A DNA stretch of 30,440 nucleotides from Octopus sinensis (taxonomy: Eukaryota), in assembly GCF_006345805.1 (NCBI RefSeq), contig NW_021832525.1, positions 1 through 30,440 of the forward strand. Direction: 5' to 3'. A program made the translations under genes and the position numbers. Shown one piece after another: positions 23,691 through 30,440 of the stretch. The notes under the pieces were generated by a model that was not told where the DNA came from, made no database searches, and saw only the letters and a program-made list of their open reading frames with translations. How positions within the stretch are numbered: position 1 is the first letter of the stretch; the number at the start of each line of letters is the position of its first letter.

Positions 23691-23947
23691 ACAATAAAGG
23701 GTGAAATTAATTAATTTGGAATAATTATCAATTACACCAAGTAGATTTCGGCATGTAAAAGCCTCATTCGAGGAAAATTTAAGTAATACTAAGCAATTAA
23801 GGGTTTAGCAACGAATTGCCTCACCAACACACCGAATTTAGAAATAGCAGTCAAAGAGATATAGCTATTCCTTCTACTAAAAGGGAGATCTCAGTAAAAA
23901 CACAGCACTTGAAAGGCAAACACAGACAGGTAAGAAAGAATGACAAT

Positions 23948-25390
23948 GGGATCCAACGCGCCCTAAAACTCAGCACGCAGGAACTTAGACGCCCTAAACC
24001 TGTTACATCGAAACCCCATACTCTACCATACATCTCTACACACAACCCCCTCAACAATGAAGCTTTTGACACCATCCTCCAGAACATTCCTGTATTACAA
24101 AAGGACCATAGAATGAACCAAATCCTCCTAACACACGAAATCATAAAGAGCAAAAGGCAACCCAAATCATTGAAAACCATCCTAACAAATGCCAAAGTAC
24201 TGCCAACCACAACAACTAAACCCACAGTAAACAAATGCAATAGACCCAACTGTGGTATATGCATCAACCTAATAGAAGGTCCGGAATTCCTTTTTAAACA
24301 TGCGCATCAGAAAACCTAGTATATGTCTTAACTTGCTCGGGCTGTAATGAACACTACATAGGCCAAACAAAAAATAGCCTCCGCCAACGCATGACTGTCC
24401 ACAGATCCCAAATAAAAATACAGGAATATAGAAAAATAGCATTTAGTGCACATATTGATACCTGTGCCGCACAACTCCATCCCAATTTTAGAATCTTTCC
24501 CCTCTACAAATTTAAAGACAATGCCACTCATACCCAGCGAATAACCATGGAATCCCACCTTATTAATAAATACAGACCACTTCTAAACACATGCCCCTAA
24601 CACGAACCCACAACAAACACACCTACACCTGCACACACCCTACACACACCTTTACCCAGATATTAACACCATGACACACACAAATATATGGTTCCACACA
24701 TACACATAATTGAATACGGGTGCAAAACATCCAACACTATTTTTGGGAAATGGCTGTAAATATTGACTTCACACAAATACGTTGCTTCCCGATACAGGCA
24801 CAAGGCCAGCAGAACTATAATATTGAAAATTGTACCCACACACACACACATATATACACGCGCGCGCGCCCCAACATACATATAAACACACCACGCGCGC
24901 GCGCGCGCACACACATACATACATACAGCTCTCCCTGTTCTAAACGAACTTACTTATCCAGTCAAGCGGAAAATACACTCCCTAACTACGCGCTTAAAAA
25001 GCTATTTAAAATATCCACATGACGTCTACTGACCAACCTGAACAATAAGAATTTTCAACAACACTATTTTCGAAAATTCTAAACATTCACGTGACCTCTT
25101 TATTATGGCCAATAAGAAATTTTAGGCGGGACACTAGCCAAATTTTAACTTCTCTGGAGCCTTTTTTCTTACCCCAACACCAACTTCCATTCAAAATTCA
25201 CGTGACCCCTTCATAATGACCAATCAAAATTTTAGGCGCGAAACCAAGCAAATCCAAAACAACTCTGGAGCCTCTTTTTTTCACATATAAGAGACAGACT
25301 CTAATCTCTCTTTTATATTTTGATAAGCATAACAAATGCGCAACCGGTAAAAAAAACTTTCACCTAATTAAATTACTTAAATTACTTCAA
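23948..25390 (+). mobile_element. 5'-truncated Neptune-type Penelope-like element: linker, Cys-rich motif, GIY-YIG endonuclease and 3' repeat region
   Basis: GIQRALKL..LPYISTHNP..KSKRQPKSLKTILT..KCNRPNCGIC..EFLFK, a frameshifting deletion near 24299, then CASENLVYVLTCSGCNEHYIGQT..LRQRMTVHRSQI..HIDTC..ESHLINKYRPLLN. A Cys-rich motif ahead of GIY-YIG is characteristic of the Neptune group. Confidence 0.9.
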
Positions 25391-25419
25391 TTATTTGTCA
25401 GCATTTTCTTCATTTCCTT

Positions 25420-25476
<57 letters not shown>

Positions 25477-25987
25477 GTATGTATATATATATATATATAT
25501 ATGCATATATATATATAATATATGTATATATACATATATATATACGTATGTATCTATGTATTTACAGTAAGGCCAGCTGCTAAACGTAAGCTATAAAATT
25601 TTTTTTTCAGCTTATCGAACTTCGGTATGAGAAAAAATTTACAACTTCCCACATCAGTAAATCGCTATTATTCCTCAAAGTTGTTTTTTTATACCTTCTA
25701 CGAATTGCTCGAAGGTTACTAACTTCCCACATATTGGTCCTTTGGTCTTACCTTCACATATATTTATATATAATGATGAAACTACGGACAAAGAATTACG
25801 TAAGTAATTTATTCGGTAATGGAAGAAACCGTTATACGATTAATTCTTGATTTTTTTTGGGGGGGGGAATTTTCATCTGTCTTGCCCGCCTATGTTCTGG
25901 TGTTCACTGAATTTTCTCTGGAGAACATTCTTTCTTTGTAGTTAGATCGTATGTGATCTTCTTCTAGCATATACATACATACATACA

Positions 25988-26021
<34 letters not shown>

Positions 26022-26109
26022 CATTTCTTTTGCACGTCGTCACGTTTGTTTTGTTTTTCCGTTTTTTATTCGTTTATTAGAATTGTTTGTTTATTTGAAT
26101 TGACTATAT

Positions 26110-26505
26110 ATAGGCATAGGAGTGGCTGCGTGGTAAGTAGCTTGCTTACGAACCTCATGGTTCCGGGTTCAATCCCTCTGCGTGACCCCTTGGGCAGGTG
26201 TCTTTTACCATAGCCTCGGGCCAACCAAAGCCTTGTGAGTGGATTTGGTAGACGGAAACTGAAAGAAGCCCGTCGTGTATATGTATGTGTGTGTGTGTAT
26301 GTTTGTGTGTCTGTGTTTGTGCTCCCAATATCGCTTGACAACCGATGCTGGTGTGATTACGTCCCCGTAAGTTAGCGGTTCGGCAAAAGAGACCGATAGA
26401 ATAAGTACTAGGCTTACAAAAAAGTCCTGAGGTCGATTTGCTCGACTAAAGGTGGTGCTCCAGCATGGCCACAGTCAAATGACTGAAACAAATAAAAGAG
26501 TAAAG
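26110..26505 (+). mobile_element. tRNA-derived SINE, family A, full length
   Basis: ATAGGCATAGGAGTGGCTGCGTGGTAAGTAGCTTGCTTACG..GGTTCCGGGTTCAATCCC..GACTGAAACAAATAAAAGAGTA. Confidence 0.93.
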
Positions 26506-27115
26506 TTCTGGTAAGAGACCCAATCGGCTTATCCTCAATAAAACATTCAGGACGAAATCCTGCTTTATTTGTTATTCATATTATTATGTTACTCATATAT
26601 ACAAGCGCTCACGCATACAATATTTTTTGTGAATAATTTCTGCAGACATCATTCTAAATTATTTGTGTATATGTGTAAGTGTGTGTATATCTATGTGTGT
26701 GAATATCTATATCCCTATGTGTGTATGCGTGTGTTTATGATGAGGTATCCTGGAAATTCGTTGGGTTCGTGAAATTAGCTAGTCTCGAATTGTCGACATC
26801 AAAACAAGTTCATCTTAAGAAATTCCTCTTGCCTACAGCTCAACACATTGCATTTTTATATACAAAATAGGTTTTCGAGATGTCACTTGAAGTTCTTTAA
26901 ATACGTATGGAATCGTCCTTTCTCAGAATCTGATGTCAATCATTCAAATAATTACAAACAGATTGAACGTTGTTAAAATCTAAATTACATAAGTTTGAAA
27001 ACTACTCACATATGTTTCTTTTGCTCTTGTGTTCTCTTAACATATACGAAAAGACTTGAATTTATCAAATGAATCTTATGATTATATTAACTATATATTA
27101 TTTTATTTTATTGAT

Positions 27116-27158
<43 letters not shown>

Positions 27159-27381
27159 CATCACCGAATCACCCGGCTGCAATTATAAATCTCCGCCAGC
27201 TTCGCACGCTAACGCTCACACATACATACGCACGTACACACGCACATATATATATAAAGAGAGAGCTAGAAGTATTATGTATCTATATTGTATGGACAGT
27301 GTACGTGTGTGTTTGAGTGTGTGTGTATATTGTGTATACGTATTATATGTTATATATATGTAATATATATATATATATATA

Positions 27382-27480
<99 letters not shown>

Positions 27481-28155
27481 GTATAGAGATATAGGTATGT
27501 GAGAGAATTAAATACAGGTGTAGTCAGTTCTTATTGCATTTAACTTAAGGCAAATAAATAGATGACTTGAACGCACTTACATATATGGGTGTGGTGTACT
27601 ATATATATATATATATATGCGTTTGTGTAAGTATATATATATATATATATAATATATATATATATGCACATTCTTTTACAAATGTATGCTTGCTTTCATA
27701 AATCTGCAGTTTTATATGCATAAAACACACGCAACACGCACACCTAGACACATACACACACTCACATATACATATGCATGTATGTACGCGAGCGTATGTA
27801 ATATATATAAATACAATCTGGATCTGTGTCAATGTATCTCTGCGTGTATTTGAATGCGTGCAGGTGTTGCGTTTGTGTGTGCATATATTAATTTATATTC
27901 TCTTTTCAGAGAAGCCTTCTTCCGTTAATTCTGAAAATTTTAAAGAATTTGATTGCATTCTGTACTGAAGAAAACTATTTTCATTTGAAGGGAAGAAAAT
28001 GGGCCTTGTGTTTCAATTTTAGCTCACTTAAGTGTAAATATATACGCATTTATGCATGTAAATATAAAGTAAATATATATATTGATAGGTAGATAGATAT
28101 AATTATAAAATAGATATATTGATAGGTAGATTGATATAAATATATATATAAATCT

Positions 28156-28199
<44 letters not shown>

Positions 28200-28740
28200 G
28201 TGTGTGTATGTGTGTATGTATGCACGCGGGTATACATGTATGCATGTGTGTGTGCTATATACATTTTCAACTTATATCAATCTATTGTCATTCAGTACAA
28301 ATACTCAATAGGTTGTGAGTGCCCATATATATATTTATAGACACACACGCTCACACACACACACACATACACACATATAGTATGCATATATTTTTATTTA
28401 TATATAATGTTCATAGTATATATACGTACGTGTGTGTACCCATATCCAAAGACAGATAGATAGAGAGAGATATGGGGAGGAGAGAGAGACACACAGAGAG
28501 AAAGAGAGATTTCAACGCAACAAATCAGAATTAAAAAATTCAATACATGAGATCGAGCGTAACTAATATATAATTAGAAGTTGCTTTTGCAATGAATTTC
28601 AGTTTCACGGATATTCAGTCTATCATAGAACCAAATTGGAGACTACATAAATCAAGCATCGTCCAGCTCTAATTAGGACACGGTATTCATTAGAATCCAG
28701 GACGATCAACTGGTATCAAAGCGCTCATGAAACTTGACGT

Positions 28741-28775
<35 letters not shown>

Positions 28776-28777
<2 letters not shown>

Positions 28778-28992
28778 GCGGGTGTGTTGAAAATGTCCTT
28801 TTTAAAAGTTTGGTTTTTAAAAATACTTGAGAATCAGTTATGATTTTATTCAACATATCCCCTCTCATATTCACACTCTTCTTGCAGAGGTCCCTCAGAT
28901 TTTCTAAGCCCTGTAAAAGAACTCGGAAGGTAAAGCGTCCAACCAAGTCTTCCGCAAGACCTTTAAATTCAGGAACTTTTCAAACTTACATA
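28776..28992 (+). mobile_element. Mariner-type MITE, copy 3
   Basis: GGGTGTGTTGAAAA..TATGATTTTATTCAACATATCCCCTCTC..CCCTGTAAAAGAACTCGGAAGG..CAGGAACTTTTCA, in the same orientation as copy 1. Confidence 0.8.
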
Positions 28993-29149
28993 TACATTTA
29001 TATTATTGCGTACATACTATTCTTGGTCTCTTCTACACAAGATAAAGTAATAGATATATATGCTTATATATATATATGTAACATATGGAATAATTATAAA
29101 CAGGGCAAATGCTGGCCATGTCTCTGCAGACTGAAAAAAATTATGAACA

Positions 29150-29192
29150 ACCGTAATCAATTTGCGAATCTTATTAGATTCTCATCAGAGGC
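29150..29192 (-). ncRNA. Minimal type I hammerhead ribozyme motif, unit B (A13C, damaged stem I 3' arm)
   Basis: 5'-GCCT CTGATGA GAATC-TAATAA-GATTC GCA AATTGATT A CGGT-3': intact CUGAUGA core and a perfect 5-bp stem II, but GCA in place of GAA. Confidence 0.75.
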
Positions 29193-29442
29193 TTCCCATC
29201 GTTCTGACAGTCTCCAGAGAAATAAGCAGCCAAACTCAACATATGCAGCAGTTACTCTATGAAGGACTTCCCAATTTGTATACCGAAAGTGTTTAACACT
29301 CTATAAATACCAGCGGCCTGTCAATGGGGATCTTAGTCCACACAGTATCAAGGTATTATATAATATATATGTAACGTATGGTATAATTATAAACAGAGCC
29401 AAATTTTAGTCATTCCTCTGCAGACTGAAAAAATGATGTACA

Positions 29443-29485
29443 GCCTTAATCGATTTTCGAACCTTATTGGGTTATTATCAGAGGC
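29443..29485 (-). ncRNA. Minimal type I hammerhead ribozyme motif, unit A (G8A, first stem II pair broken)
   Basis: 5'-GCCT CTGATAA TAACC-CAATAA-GGTTC GAA AATCGATT A AGGC-3': stem I GCCT/AGGC, intact GAAA, palindromic stem III AATCGATT and a UUA cleavage triplet. Confidence 0.8.
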
Positions 29486-29624
29486 ATCCATATCATTCTG
29501 ACAGTCTCCAGAGAAACAAGCAGCGAAACTTTTTATATACTCAACAAAAAACAGCAGTTATTCCATGAAAGAGTCTCTAATTTGCATACCAAAAGTGTTT
29601 AACACTCTATAAATGCCAGCATGC

Positions 29625-30038
29625 ATACAGGAGTGGCTGTGTGGTAAGTAGCTTGCTTACCAACCACATGTTTCCGGGTTCAGTCCCACTGCGTGGCACC
29701 TTGCGCAAGTGTCTTCTACTATAGCCTTGGGCCGACCAAAGCCTTTTGAGTGGTTTCGGTAGACGGAAACTGAAAGAAGCCCGTCGTATATATATATATG
29801 TGTTTGTGTGTGTGTGTGTGTGTTTGTTTGTTTGTGTGTGTGTGTGTGTGTGTCTGTGTCTGTGTCTGTGTGTGTGTTTGTGTGTCTGTGTTTTTCCCCA
29901 AACATAGCTTGACAACCGATGCTGGTGTTTTTACGTCCCCCGTAACTTAGCGGTTCGACAAAAGAGACCGATAGAATAAGTACTAGGCTTACAAGGAATA
30001 AGTCCTGGGGGCGATTTGCTCGGCTAAAGGCGGTGCTT
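29625..30038 (+). mobile_element. tRNA-derived SINE, family A, 3'-truncated
   Basis: CAGGAGTGGCTGTGTGGTAAGTAGCTTGCTTACCAACCACATGTTTCCGGGTTCAGTCCCACTGCG.. through ..TAAAGGCGGTGCT. Confidence 0.93.
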
Positions 30039-30039
30039 C

Positions 30040-30440
30040 GGCTCAGATTCGGTCTTATTCCTGGTATAATTTAGGTGGATAGCGGGTTACTACATGTAAA
30101 CTTAGGTATCCAGAAGTTTTCAACAGCCTTTCAAGTGCTTAGAACCCTTCTGATAATCCATGCTGTCCGTAAGTGACAAACTTTCTGTAGGAATTCTCCC
30201 GGGCATTTTATTCTAATCTCCTTCAGCCATGTGTCTATATTTTTGCCTACTGTTCCCAAAACACCAACTATTATAGACACGACCTTTATTGTTTGCATGC
30301 TACAAATTCTTCCTATTTCAAATTTTAAGGGATTGTATTTTTCCTTCCTCTTTATTTACGATCCTGGAATTAAACGAGCGTAATGGGCTGGTAAGAAAGC
30401 AACCTCGCATTTCCTTATCTATAATTGTTATGCCTGGTAT
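30040..30440 (-). mobile_element. 3' end of an R4/Dong-like non-LTR retrotransposon (restriction-like endonuclease region plus 3' UTR)
   Basis: The minus strand reads IPGITIIDKEMRGCFL..F.SRIVNKE, a frameshift, then KKYNPLKFEIGRICSMQTIKVVSIIVGVLGTVGKNIDTWLKEIRIKCPGEFLQKVCHLRTAWIIRRVLST* (stop 30133-30131). Compare RPDI.IIDK..KE.EK..KY..L..GALG..QK..LGT..I.R.VL. Confidence 0.85.

Larger units (their letters stand above)
29070..29620 (-). mobile_element. Tandem dimer of a roughly 293-bp unit, each unit carrying a type I hammerhead motif (non-LTR retrozyme-like)
   Basis: About 29070-29314 and 29363-29620 align at roughly 75-80% identity by eye, with an offset of 293 bp at the hammerheads. Non-coding. 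A SINE abuts the right end. Confidence 0.8.

Noticed and set aside
25169-25192. Minus-strand EWKLVLG* resembling the pre-M4 motif
   Set aside because: It stops immediately, lies upstream of the M3 exon and sits inside the Neptune element's repeat. Coincidence.
26740-26900. Possible mariner-like terminal remnant
   Set aside because: Only a vague resemblance to a transposon left end, with no partner inverted repeat or coding trace.
27910-27968. Strong plus-strand acceptor followed by a short frame ending in TGA
   Set aside because: No homology and no linked exon. Such pyrimidine-AG sites are common by chance in this composition.
29070-29620. CRISPR-like array or a duplicated coding exon
   Set aside because: There are only two long diverged units with no repeat-spacer pattern, no conserved reading frame or splice sites, and the context is eukaryotic.

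Overview
AT-rich, microsatellite-dense animal genomic DNA. The repeat content (tRNA-headed SINEs with internal (TA)/(TG) tracts, Penelope-like elements, mariner/maT relics, RTE and R4/Dong LINE fragments) suggests an octopus genome; this is an inference from repeat style, not from a database match. The only host gene I can support is a minus-strand Cys-loop (nicotinic acetylcholine receptor-like) subunit. Its M3+MX exon lies at 22934-22744, a probable terminal MA/M4 exon at 18636-18517, and its upstream exons were not found in the window. The most striking signal is a diverged 293-bp tandem repeat at about 29070-29620. Each unit carries a minimal type I hammerhead ribozyme on the gene's strand, with a palindromic stem III, a compensatory change in stem II and a conserved long-range helix. 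This is the architecture of a metazoan non-LTR retrozyme, and it probably sits in an intron of the receptor gene. Both cores carry substitutions, so the locus may be decayed. Other hammerhead-like relics occur in Penelope-related ends, and several inverted-repeat pairs bracket the receptor exons. Most ORFs in the supplied track are microsatellite artefacts. Repeat boundaries were read by eye and are approximate.
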